From: Acidimicrobiales bacterium
Lineage (GTDB): Bacteria; Actinomycetota; Acidimicrobiia; Acidimicrobiales; Aldehydirespiratoraceae
NCBI GenBank assembly: GCA_965116965.1
Contig: OZ220743.1
Coordinates: 303,262 to 367,261, forward strand
DNA: 64,000 nucleotides
Direction: 5' to 3'
Shown: positions 34,558 to 43,062 of the stretch, piece after piece
Layout: each line of letters opens with the position of its first letter
Numbering within the stretch: position 1 is the stretch's first letter
Notes under the pieces: model-generated
What the model was told of the DNA's origin: nothing
Databases searched by the model: none
The model's input: only the letters and a program-made list of their open reading frames with translations
Made by a program: the position numbers and the translations under genes

Positions 34558-35151
34558 TCAGCCAATGTGGCGGGCCGGGCACCAATTGAACTCGGAAAGG
34601 ACCATCCCGTGACCCACCGGGCCGAAGGCAGTGACCGACGCCAGGCTCACCCGCAGACGCATGATCATCTCCGGGGTGCCATCCAGCAACCATGCCACCG
34701 CCGACTTGATCGGAGTGGCATGGGTCACCACCACGATGTTGCTGGTGGCGGCCTCCTCCGCGATCTCGGCCACTGCCTCGCCCACCCGCTCATGCAGGCA
34801 GGCCATCGACTCGCCGCCGGGCGGCACGTAGGAGACGTCGGAGGCCCAAGCCGCTCCGAGCTCTGCCATGACTTCGCCGATGCGGCGGGCGTCGTAGGTG
34901 CCGAAGTCGATCTCCATCCACCGGTCGTCGATCGTGGTGGGGAAGTCGCCGAGCCCCGCGGCCCGAGCCGTCTGCCGGGTCCGGCGACGCGACGACGTCA
35001 CCACCCGATCCACCTGCCAACGCTGGAGAAGGGCCTTCCCGACCACCGCCGACTGCTCGAAGCCGACCTCGTCGAGGGGCGAATCGAACTGGCCCTGGAG
35101 CCGGGCCTGGGCGTTGTTGGGCGTGCGGCCGTGCCGCAGGAGGATCAGAAT
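34558..35151 (-). CDS. histidine phosphatase (phosphoglycerate mutase-like) family protein
   Basis: LILLRHGRT active-site motif right at the proposed N-terminus. The only canonical in-frame start is the ATG at 35343, which would add about 64 low-complexity residues. The start is uncertain. Confidence 0.75.
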   Translation of the reverse strand: MLILLRHGRTPNNAQARLQGQFDSPLDEVGFEQSAVVGKALLQRWQVDRVVTSSRRRTRQTARAAGLGDFPTTIDDRWMEIDFGTYDARRIGEVMAELGAAWASDVSYVPPGGESMACLHERVGEAVAEIAEEAATSNIVVVTHATPIKSAVAWLLDGTPEMIMRLRVSLASVTAFGPVGHGMVLSEFNWCPARHIG

Positions 35152-35405
35152 GCCCCGATGGTAGACGGAGCACCCGCCGGCCCGCCGTGGCGCGGGCCCG
35201 CAGCGAACGCTGTCAACCGCGTCTGGTGGTGGACGCCTGGGGGCGACGGTTGCCCGCCGTGCAACGGTGCAACCGGCGTGCGTGAGGCGCGAAGTCGTTG
35301 GGGCCGCGGTGGGCGGTGCGGTGCTCGTCCCACACGGCGACATCGCTCGACCTCCAGCTGCGGCTGAAGTACCCTTCGAACCCCGACGTCTGGCATCATT
35401 CCGGT

Positions 35406-36086
35406 ATGGCACTCGCGGATGCCACTCAACCCGGTCCCGACGGCGACCGCGTCGATCCGGAACTCACCGACGCGCCGGGCTCCTCGGTCTCCACCGAGGA
35501 GTTGTGTCGTGTGGTGGGGAGCCGGGTCCGAGAGTTCCGCCGGTCGCTGAACATGACGATGTCGGAGTTCGCGGCCGGCGCCGAGATCTCCCTGGGGATG
35601 CTCTCCAAGATCGAGCACGGCCAGAGCGCACCGAGCCTGTCGACCCTCGTGCGGCTGGCGGCCACCGCCCGCGTACCGGTCACCGCCCTGTTCCGGGGCC
35701 TGGACGAGGAGCACGACCTGGTCATCGTGAAGGCGGGCGAGGGTCACGAGATCCATCACCAGGGAGGCGGACCGGGGCGGCTCTACCAGGATCTCGGCGC
35801 TCTGCGCGGCCCCAACCGGGTGATCGAGCCGATGATCACCACCATCACCGAGCCGGGCGGCGTGTTCCCCCTCTACCAGCATCCCGGGGTGGAGTTCATC
35901 CACGTGCTGGAGGGATCGATCGACTACGGCTACGGCGGGCAGGCCTACCGCCTCGATGCGGGCGACACCATGCAGATCCACGGCGAGGTGGCCCACGGCC
36001 CGGTCGAGCTCGTCAAGGTGCCGATACGTTTCATCTCCATCAAGGTGTACCCGGCCGGCGAGCCCGGGACCGTCGCGGGAGGATGA
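35406..36086 (+). CDS. XRE-family HTH plus cupin transcriptional regulator
   Basis: HTH segment LNMTMSEFAAGAEISLGMLSKIEHGQSAPSLSTLVRLA, and a C-terminal cupin HPGVEFIHVLEGSIDY. Confidence 0.85.
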   Translation: MALADATQPGPDGDRVDPELTDAPGSSVSTEELCRVVGSRVREFRRSLNMTMSEFAAGAEISLGMLSKIEHGQSAPSLSTLVRLAATARVPVTALFRGLDEEHDLVIVKAGEGHEIHHQGGGPGRLYQDLGALRGPNRVIEPMITTITEPGGVFPLYQHPGVEFIHVLEGSIDYGYGGQAYRLDAGDTMQIHGEVAHGPVELVKVPIRFISIKVYPAGEPGTVAGG

Positions 36087-36090
36087 GTCC

Positions 36091-36321
36091 ATGGGCCTGC
36101 TGATTGTCGTGGACTGGGTGAGTGAAGGCGGAAGCGAAGCGAGCCAGAGTGTGGTGCTTTGGATCCTGTTGGCTGCCGCGGTGGGGCTCACGGTCTGGGA
36201 ATGCCGGGAACGCGGCTACCGGGTCCACGTGATGCTCTGGTGGGTTAGTGTCGTGGCCATCACGCACGTGCTGGGGTACATAGTTCTGCGCTTCTTGGTG
36301 CGACCGCCCGACAAGGCCTGA
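36091..36321 (+). CDS. small membrane protein (76 aa)
   Basis: The ATG lies 5 nt after the regulator stop. Two hydrophobic helices. No family recognised. Confidence 0.5.
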   Translation: MGLLIVVDWVSEGGSEASQSVVLWILLAAAVGLTVWECRERGYRVHVMLWWVSVVAITHVLGYIVLRFLVRPPDKA

Positions 36322-36347
36322 CCCCCCTCCCCCCCAACGCCAGGACC

Positions 36348-36752
36348 GTGACGATGACCGACCCGACACCCGAGGAGAGGCCCGCAAGTCTGCTGGGCCG
36401 AATCAAGGCTATGCAGGGACGCACCAAGTTGCTGATCGCGGTTGGACTGGCGCTGGTGCTCATCTCCGTGTTCGCCCCACAAAGCTGCGGGGGCAGAGAT
36501 GTTGAGGAGGACGAGGCCATCGCAACGGCCAGCGCTGCCCTGGCCGCCGCACCCGGCGCCTTCGCCCCGGAGGAGACCGAGGCCAGGCTGCTGCGTCAGG
36601 GCTTCCCGGCCAAATTGATGTGGGTGGTGGTCTTCACCGTGGACGATCCCGAGGGCGGCCCCGAGGATTTCCTGCACAAGGCCGACATCTGGGTCAACGC
36701 CAGCACCGGAGAGCTCGAGCAAGTCATCGTCCACGGGCCGGCCGAGGAGTAG
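36348..36752 (+). CDS. membrane-anchored hypothetical protein (possible PepSY-like ectodomain)
   Basis: N-terminal TM helix LLIAVGLALVLISVF. The C-terminal IWVNASTGELEQV resembles PepSY-type domains. Confidence 0.5.
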   Translation: MTMTDPTPEERPASLLGRIKAMQGRTKLLIAVGLALVLISVFAPQSCGGRDVEEDEAIATASAALAAAPGAFAPEETEARLLRQGFPAKLMWVVVFTVDDPEGGPEDFLHKADIWVNASTGELEQVIVHGPAEE

Positions 36753-36888
36753 AGGCCGGGTCGCGAATTCTGGGAAAGGTTCGTGAACCCTTGGAAAGCG
36801 CCCAATAGAAACGACGGCACGGCTTGTGCTATTGTCGGCGGGTCCGGCCGACCGGTCGGAGCGGACAAGAAGAATTGGGGGTGAGTCA

Positions 36889-38274
36889 ATGGACACGTCT
36901 GTTGTGTTCACCGAGGCTTACTACTTCTTCACCGTCGCCATCATGTGGCTCTTGCACGTGGGGTTCATGACGTACGAGGCCGGCGTCAGCCGACGCAAGA
37001 ACGTCATGTCGACGGCGATGAAGAACATCATGACGATCGCCGTGGTGACACCGACGTTCTACTACTTCGGCTGGTACGTGTACTTCTGCATGCAGGAGGG
37101 CCTCAAGTTCACCGTCTCGGCAGACGGTGCAGGCGGTGCCGCCGCAGGGGACTACTACTGCGGCGACGGCTTTGGCCTTCCCTGGGACGGCTCGATGGGA
37201 CCGAACCTGGGTGACAACATCAGCGGGGTCTTCTGGGCGGCCTTCGTGCTGTTCTCCTGGACGACGGGATCGATCATGTCGGGCTCGGTGATCGAGCGCA
37301 TTCGCATCTCGGCCTACCTGTGGCTGACCGCCCTCATGGGCGGAATCGTCTGGGTCGTCGCCGCGGCCTGGGGATGGAGCTACGGAGGCTGGCTGAGCGT
37401 GCACTTCGGCTACCACGACTTCGCGGCTTCGATGGTGGTCCACGGTGTGGCCGGCATCTTCGCCCTGGGAGTGCTGTACAACCTCGGTCCACGGATCGGG
37501 AGGTACGACAGCAACGGCGGCACGAGAGCGTTCAAGCCCCACAACCTGCACCTCACGCTGATGGGGCTGATGATCATCTTCACCGCGTTCTACGCCTTCT
37601 ACGCGGCGTGCCTGGCCATCACGGCCGACACCACTCCGGGCTGGGCCAACATCTACTTCAACCCGGCCACGCTGTCGGCCATCACCTTCACCATCACGAT
37701 GGGCTTCGCGGGCGGTTTCGCCGGCGGCTACATCTTCTCCAAGGGTGATCCGTTCTGGACCATCTCCGGAGGCCTGGCCGGCGTGGTGGCGGTATCGGCG
37801 GGCGCCGACATCTACAGCCCCAACCTGACGCTGCTCCTGGCCTTCTTCTCGGCCGGAGCCTGCTACCACATCGGTGGCTGGCTGGAGTCCAAGGCCCGTG
37901 TTGACGATGCCGTCGGCGCGGTGTCTGTTCACGGCTTCATGGGAATGTGGGGCGCGTTGGCCGTTGGCATTTTCGCCAGCGGGTACCCGACAGGAGCGGC
38001 CGGCGTAGAGACCTCGTTCCTCGGCCAGTTGGTAGGGGTGACAGCGATATTCGCGTTGTCCTTCGTCACCGGCTACGTGGCATCGTGGATACTCAAGAAG
38101 CTGAACCTGCTGAGGGTCCCGCCCGAAGTGGAGGTGGAAGGCCTCGACGTGGCCGAGTTCGAGACGGACTTCTATCCGGAGTTCGGCCGGGCCGACGAGC
38201 CCATCATCCATGCCGACGGCTCGACGGAATCCGCCGCAGCCACGCTCAGGGCGGACCTGGTCGCCAACCGGTAA
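36889..38274 (+). CDS. amt: ammonium/methylammonium transporter (Amt family)
   Basis: ATG preceded by GGGGG. GFMTYEAGVSRRKN, VHGVAGIFALGV and VSVHGFMGMWGALAVGIF motifs, and a C-terminal LRVPPEVEVEGLD tail. Confidence 0.9.
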   Translation: MDTSVVFTEAYYFFTVAIMWLLHVGFMTYEAGVSRRKNVMSTAMKNIMTIAVVTPTFYYFGWYVYFCMQEGLKFTVSADGAGGAAAGDYYCGDGFGLPWDGSMGPNLGDNISGVFWAAFVLFSWTTGSIMSGSVIERIRISAYLWLTALMGGIVWVVAAAWGWSYGGWLSVHFGYHDFAASMVVHGVAGIFALGVLYNLGPRIGRYDSNGGTRAFKPHNLHLTLMGLMIIFTAFYAFYAACLAITADTTPGWANIYFNPATLSAITFTITMGFAGGFAGGYIFSKGDPFWTISGGLAGVVAVSAGADIYSPNLTLLLAFFSAGACYHIGGWLESKARVDDAVGAVSVHGFMGMWGALAVGIFASGYPTGAAGVETSFLGQLVGVTAIFALSFVTGYVASWILKKLNLLRVPPEVEVEGLDVAEFETDFYPEFGRADEPIIHADGSTESAAATLRADLVANR

Positions 38275-38277
38275 TCG

Positions 38278-38406
38278 GTGTCCGCCTCATGGCTGCAGTT
38301 CATTGGCGCCATGGCCCTCATGTACCTGCTGGTCGCGGCCGCCGGGTACTGGGGTAAGCGCAAGCGAGCGCAGTTGGAGACCACGGACCACCGAAACGAC
38401 CCCTGA
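38278..38406 (+). CDS. candidate 42-aa single-TM peptide (VSASWLQFIGAMALMYLLVAAAGYWGKRKRAQLETTDHRNDP)
   Basis: Not in the ORF track. The GTG sits one codon after the amt TAA and in the same frame. Strong third-position GC bias. Alternative ATG at 38311. Confidence 0.4.
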   Translation: MSASWLQFIGAMALMYLLVAAAGYWGKRKRAQLETTDHRNDP

Positions 38407-38433
38407 CAATCGTTCAGGACTAAGGAGAACTGA

Positions 38434-38700
38434 ATGAACACTTTCCCCTACGACAGTTGGGCAGATGCCCTCGCTGCTGTCGAGAATCCCGAGACGGGTG
38501 AACGTCTGTGCGAAGCGTTCTATAACGCGTGCCCCGGCTACTTCACATGGGGTCCGGGCGGTAACACCGCCTCGATCGTGCTTGCCGTCCTCGGGATCGC
38601 GGTCTCTGTGATCGCGGCACTGCTCGTAACCGTTCGCGAGGACAAGCTGCTCAACCACGCAGCCGACCGGCTCGCCGACAAGTACAGCTCGGAGGACTGA
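38434..38700 (+). CDS. small membrane protein (88 aa)
   Basis: Strong SD AAGGAG 7 nt upstream. One TM helix ASIVLAVLGIAVSVIAALLV. Confidence 0.55.
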   Translation: MNTFPYDSWADALAAVENPETGERLCEAFYNACPGYFTWGPGGNTASIVLAVLGIAVSVIAALLVTVREDKLLNHAADRLADKYSSED

Positions 38701-38701
38701 C

Positions 38702-38827
38702 ATGGCTCGTCGCAAGCAAATCGAGTTCCAGGGCAAGCAGGGACACGACAAGGGCATCGAGAAGGCGTTCATCGTCTTCACGATCGCCTGCATCGTCTTC
38801 ACGATCATCGCCATCCAGGCTTTCTGA
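38702..38827 (+). CDS. candidate 41-aa membrane peptide (MARRKQIEFQGKQGHDKGIEKAFIVFTIACIVFTIIAIQAF)
   Basis: Not in the ORF track. The ATG is 1 nt after the previous stop. Basic N-terminus followed by a TM helix. Confidence 0.45.
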   Translation: MARRKQIEFQGKQGHDKGIEKAFIVFTIACIVFTIIAIQAF

Positions 38828-38851
38828 CACCTGACTCACCCCATTCAAGGA

Positions 38852-38890
38852 GGCTGGCGCCGCGCCGCACTGAGCGGTGCGGCGCCAGCC
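38852..38890 (+). terminator. strong GC-rich hairpin (intrinsic-terminator-like, no U-tract)
   Basis: ggctggcgccgcgccgc-actga-gcggtgcggcgccagcc forms a 17-bp stem with one mismatch, 25 nt after the last small ORF. Confidence 0.55.
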
Positions 38891-38918
38891 TCTGCACCCG
38901 GGCCTCTAGCCTGACGCC

Positions 38919-39329
38919 GTGAGGATCCCTCGTAAGCGGATCGCGCAGGCTTGTGCGGTCGTTGCGGCCGCGGCGATGTTCTTACCGTGGCACACGACTG
39001 CGACAGCGAGCGGCACGGAGTCGGTGCAGGGGATCGCTGTCAATGACGGCCAGCTGGTCCTTGTCGTGAGCCTGATCAGCGCAGTGCTCATTCAATTGGG
39101 TTGGCGACCGGCCTGGATAGGTACCGGTCTTGCAGGTGCCATCATGGTCCGGCGAATGCTTGAGGGCGAAACCGACGCGGCATCGGGTCTGTGGATCGCG
39201 ACCACAGCCTGCGTCGTGGCCGTCATCCTGCTGGTGTGGGATCTGTTTGCTGGCATCTCCGCAGCCAGCGGCGACGACAGGCCCCCGGGGCGTGGACTCT
39301 CAGGCCCTTTGGGCAGACGGCGACGATGA
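38919..39329 (+). CDS. hypothetical membrane protein (136 aa)
   Basis: Several hydrophobic helices. No family recognised. Confidence 0.45.
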   Translation: MRIPRKRIAQACAVVAAAAMFLPWHTTATASGTESVQGIAVNDGQLVLVVSLISAVLIQLGWRPAWIGTGLAGAIMVRRMLEGETDAASGLWIATTACVVAVILLVWDLFAGISAASGDDRPPGRGLSGPLGRRRR

Positions 39330-39333
39330 CACT

Positions 39334-41733
39334 ATGACCACGACTATGCCGGACCAGCCGACAGTCCTGGTGCCGGGGCTGTTGATGCTCGGACCGGGGG
39401 TCGAGCGCTACCGGGTGACCGGAGGAGGCGCCACCGTGCTGGCGCTGGACGCGGGTGACGAGCTGGAGATCGTCGATCCCGAGGGACGCCAGCCTTGCGA
39501 GCTGGTCGCATTCGACGCCGACGGCCGATCCGATCCCAGCCTGCTCGGCCTCGCCGGCGCTCCGGGGAGTAGCAACGGGCATCGGGTCGGGTCCACCGAC
39601 CAGCCGGCCGCGGTCGGCATCCTCTCCGCGGAGCTTCAGGACGCCCGCCGGGTGCGGGTCGGGCTCGAACGCATCGGCGTGGACCTGGCCGCGCTAGGGG
39701 CTGCGACTCCGTTGAGAGTTCTGGGCGACGACACCGCGCCCGGCGCCCGGACCAGGGTGGTGGCCCATACCGGCATCGCCTGCGTGATCGTCGCGCCGGG
39801 CGGACCGATGCCGGCCCACGGCGGCTCTCCCCCCACCGACCTAATCGTCTACGTGCACCGCCGGGATGAGACCCGCTCCTCCACCGAGCCTCTGCTGCCC
39901 GCGCCGCTGGCCGATCCCAGCCAGGACTTCATCGTCAAGCACAGCACCGCCAGGGCGTACGAGGTCGCCAAGGGCGACTGGTTCCAGGTCGTCGATGTGG
40001 AGGGCCGGCAGTGCTCCGACTTCCAGTGCTTCGCAGCCGCCGATCTCGACGCCGGGCTCGACGTGAGCCTCGACGCCACGATCACTCGCTCCCTCATGGG
40101 AGCTACCTGTCCGGCGCCCGGCCTCTACTCCAAGTTCTTCAACGCCAGGATGCAGCCGCTGGTCGAGGTGATCCAGGACACCGTGGGCCGCCATGACACC
40201 TTCAACACCGCCTGCAACGCCCGCTACTACGAGGAGCTGGGCTACCCGGGCCACGTCAACTGCACCGACAACATCAACACCGTCCTCGACCCCTACGGCG
40301 TGGCCCGCCGCCGAGGCTGGGAGGCCATCAACTTCTTCTACAACACCAACCTCGACGACCACAACCAGATCTACCTCGACGAGCCGTGGTCCCGTCCCGG
40401 CGACTACGTCCTGCTGCGGGCTCTGGAGGACCTGGTGTGCGTGTCCACCTCGTGCCCCGACGACATCGACGCGGCCAACGCCTGGAACCCCACCGACATC
40501 GCGGTGCGGGTCTACCCCTCTGCCAACCGGTTCAAGAAAGCGACAGCGATCCGCATGACTGCAGACTCCGAGGCACAGCTGACGAAGGAGACTGGGTTCC
40601 ATCCCCGCACCTCGGCCCTCACCCGTAGCTTCAGCGAGTACTGCGGCTACTGGCTGGCCGATTCCTACACGGCCCACGGTCCCATCGCCGAGTACTGGGC
40701 CTGCCGGCAGGCCGCGGCGGCCATCGACCTCTCCCCGCTGCGCAAGTACGAGGTCACCGGCCCCGACGCCGAGCTGCTGATGCAGACCTGCGTCACCCGC
40801 AACGTCCGCAAACTCGCCGACGGCCAGGTGTCGTACACGGCCATGTGCCACCACACCGGCGGCATGATCGACGACGGCACCGTGTTCCGGCTCGGGCGCG
40901 AGAACTTCCGCTGGATCGGCGGGCAGCTCGGGTACAGCGGCGTCTGGCTGCGGGAGCAGGCCCAGCGCCTGGGGCTGCAGGCATGGGTGCGCAGCTCCAC
41001 CGAGCAGCTCCACAACCTCCAGGTCCAGGGGCCCAACAGCCGCAGCATTCTGGAGCAGGTGATCTGGACCCGGCCCGACCAGCCGACGATCACCGAGCTG
41101 GAATGGTTCCGGTTCACCATCGCCCGGATCGGCGACCACGACGGGATCCCGCTGGTGGCGTCCCGCACCGGCTACACCGGCGAGCTCGGCTACGAGGTGT
41201 TCTGCCACCGGACGGACGCACCCGCGGTGTGGGACGCCATCTTCGAGGCCGGCGCGGAGCACGGCCTGGTGCCCATGGGCCTGTCCGCGCTCGACGTCCT
41301 GCGCATCGAGGCCGGCCTCATCTTCGCCGGTTACGAGTTCTGCGACCAGACCGACCCCTACGAGGCCGGTATCGGCTTCACCGTGCCGCTCAAGACCAAG
41401 GAGGACGACTTCATCGGCCGCGACGCCCTCCTGCGGCGCCGTGACAACCCGCAGCGGCGGCTGGTGGGCCTGGAGGTGGACGGAGGCGAGCCCGCCGCCC
41501 ACGGCGACGGCGTGTACGCCGGCCGCAACCAGGTGGGCGTCGTCACCAGCGGCGCCATCTCCCCCACACTGCGAAAGAACGTCGCCCTGTGCCGCATGGC
41601 GGTGGAGCATGCCGAGATCGGCACGGCCGTGGAGGTCGGCAAGCTCGACGGCCACGAGAAGCGGATCGCGGCCGAGGTCGTGCGATACCCGTTCTACGAC
41701 CCCGACAAGACCCGCGTCCGCGGCCTTTCCTGA
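39334..41733 (+). CDS. tdm: trimethylamine-N-oxide demethylase-like protein (DUF1989 plus GcvT/aminomethyltransferase fusion)
   Basis: 799 aa from the ATG at 39334. The DUF1989 region (WFQVVDVEGRQCSDF ... NFFYNT ... PGDYVLLRA) is followed by a GcvT fold (LQVQGPNS, SRTGYTGELGYEVF, LRIEAGL, GVVTSG). Confidence 0.82.
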   Translation: MTTTMPDQPTVLVPGLLMLGPGVERYRVTGGGATVLALDAGDELEIVDPEGRQPCELVAFDADGRSDPSLLGLAGAPGSSNGHRVGSTDQPAAVGILSAELQDARRVRVGLERIGVDLAALGAATPLRVLGDDTAPGARTRVVAHTGIACVIVAPGGPMPAHGGSPPTDLIVYVHRRDETRSSTEPLLPAPLADPSQDFIVKHSTARAYEVAKGDWFQVVDVEGRQCSDFQCFAAADLDAGLDVSLDATITRSLMGATCPAPGLYSKFFNARMQPLVEVIQDTVGRHDTFNTACNARYYEELGYPGHVNCTDNINTVLDPYGVARRRGWEAINFFYNTNLDDHNQIYLDEPWSRPGDYVLLRALEDLVCVSTSCPDDIDAANAWNPTDIAVRVYPSANRFKKATAIRMTADSEAQLTKETGFHPRTSALTRSFSEYCGYWLADSYTAHGPIAEYWACRQAAAAIDLSPLRKYEVTGPDAELLMQTCVTRNVRKLADGQVSYTAMCHHTGGMIDDGTVFRLGRENFRWIGGQLGYSGVWLREQAQRLGLQAWVRSSTEQLHNLQVQGPNSRSILEQVIWTRPDQPTITELEWFRFTIARIGDHDGIPLVASRTGYTGELGYEVFCHRTDAPAVWDAIFEAGAEHGLVPMGLSALDVLRIEAGLIFAGYEFCDQTDPYEAGIGFTVPLKTKEDDFIGRDALLRRRDNPQRRLVGLEVDGGEPAAHGDGVYAGRNQVGVVTSGAISPTLRKNVALCRMAVEHAEIGTAVEVGKLDGHEKRIAAEVVRYPFYDPDKTRVRGLS

Positions 41734-41956
41734 CCTTTCGGGCCCCTCGCGTTGCTCCGCTAGTGTCCTGAGTCTTCTGGCCGCGATTTTGTGAACCTTC
41801 CTTGGGCGCGGTCAGACCGGCGATGCGGCCCACTACCGGCTTGTGCATGTGGTCGCGGGCGTACTGGGCGGCCTGGGGATGCGCCCCCGCCGACGTCGAG
41901 GAAGTTGGCCGGCAACCACGAGCGCGAATGTTTGTTGACAGCCCGCGACTAGAAGG

Positions 41957-42901
41957 TCAGGAACTCCTGTTCTCAATGGCCCCGGCCGTCTCGACCACGT
42001 TGCGCGCCATCCGGGCCGACGCGGCGTCGATCATCCGCCCGTCGAGCTGGGCCGCGCCCCGGCCGGCCGCGGCAGCCTCCTCCAGCGCCCCGAGCACCCG
42101 GCGGGCCTGGTCCACCTCGGACTCCGGAGGCGTGAACACCTCGTTGGCCAGATCGATCTGCGCGGGATGGATGGCCCACTTGCCCTCGTAGCCGAGGGCC
42201 GCGGCCCGGCGGGCCCCGGCCATGAAGCCGTCCGGGTCGCCGAAGTCCCCGAACGGACCGTCGATGGCCCGCAGACCGTTGGCACGGCAGGCCACCAGCA
42301 TGCGAGAGAGGGCCGAGTGCCACTGGTCTCCCGGATAGTCGGGGTTGAGCCCCCCGATGGATATCGTTCTGGCTCTGCATGAGGCTGCATAGTCGGCCAC
42401 GCCGAAATGCAGCGCCTCCAGCCGCGGGCTCGAGGCGGCCACCGCCTCGACGTTGGCCATGCCCAGGGCGGTCTCGACCAGCGCCTCCACCCCGATCCGG
42501 TGGCTGAGTCCCATCGCCTGCTCGAGCTGGGTGAGCAGGGCGTCGACCGCATAGACGTCACCGGGCACGCCCACCTTGGGAACGAGGATCGTGTCGACGT
42601 GGGCTCCCGCCTGCTCGACCACATCGATCAGGTCTCGGTACATGTAATGGGCGTCGAGCCCGTTGACCCTCACTGAGATCGTCTTGTTGGAACCGCGCCA
42701 GTCGATGTCGCCCAACGCCTCGATGACGTTGCGTCGGGCCGCTTCCTTCTCGTCGGGCGCCACCGCGTCCTCAAGGTCCAGGAACACGTAGTCGGCCTCA
42801 CTGGCCGCCGCCTTCTCGAACAGTTCGGGCCGCGACCCCGGCACAGCCAGCTCGCTGCGGTGCAGCCGGCGCCTCGCCTCGGTGATGGGATGGTTGCTCA
42901 T
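41957..42901 (-). CDS. mcl: L-malyl-CoA/beta-methylmalyl-CoA lyase (HpcH/CitE family)
   Basis: ATG at 42901 with a GGAGG RBS. RSELAVPGSRPELFEKAAAS..FLDLEDAVAP..DGPFGDFGDPDGF..GKWAIHPAQIDLANEVFTP closely follows known Mcl sequences. Confidence 0.85.
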   Translation of the reverse strand: MSNHPITEARRRLHRSELAVPGSRPELFEKAAASEADYVFLDLEDAVAPDEKEAARRNVIEALGDIDWRGSNKTISVRVNGLDAHYMYRDLIDVVEQAGAHVDTILVPKVGVPGDVYAVDALLTQLEQAMGLSHRIGVEALVETALGMANVEAVAASSPRLEALHFGVADYAASCRARTISIGGLNPDYPGDQWHSALSRMLVACRANGLRAIDGPFGDFGDPDGFMAGARRAAALGYEGKWAIHPAQIDLANEVFTPPESEVDQARRVLGALEEAAAAGRGAAQLDGRMIDAASARMARNVVETAGAIENRSS

Positions 42902-43062
42902 CGTGCCTCCGTGCGGTGCTCGAGCGACTGGCCTTGCGTGCTCGGGGAATCGCTCCACTAGCCTGACGGAAGGTACTGCCGATCTTGCGATCGCGCTTGC
43001 CGATGCCGGGGGCAGGTTTTACTGTAGATATAGACACACCTAACCACAGGGGGGTCACGATC

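Noticed and set aside
36753-36888. Possible GlnR-type box (gTnAc-n6-GaAAc) upstream of amt, around gtgaacccttggaaagcgcccaatagaaac.
   Set aside because: Only single half-site-like pentamers are present, at incorrect spacing. I could not fit the bipartite consensus.
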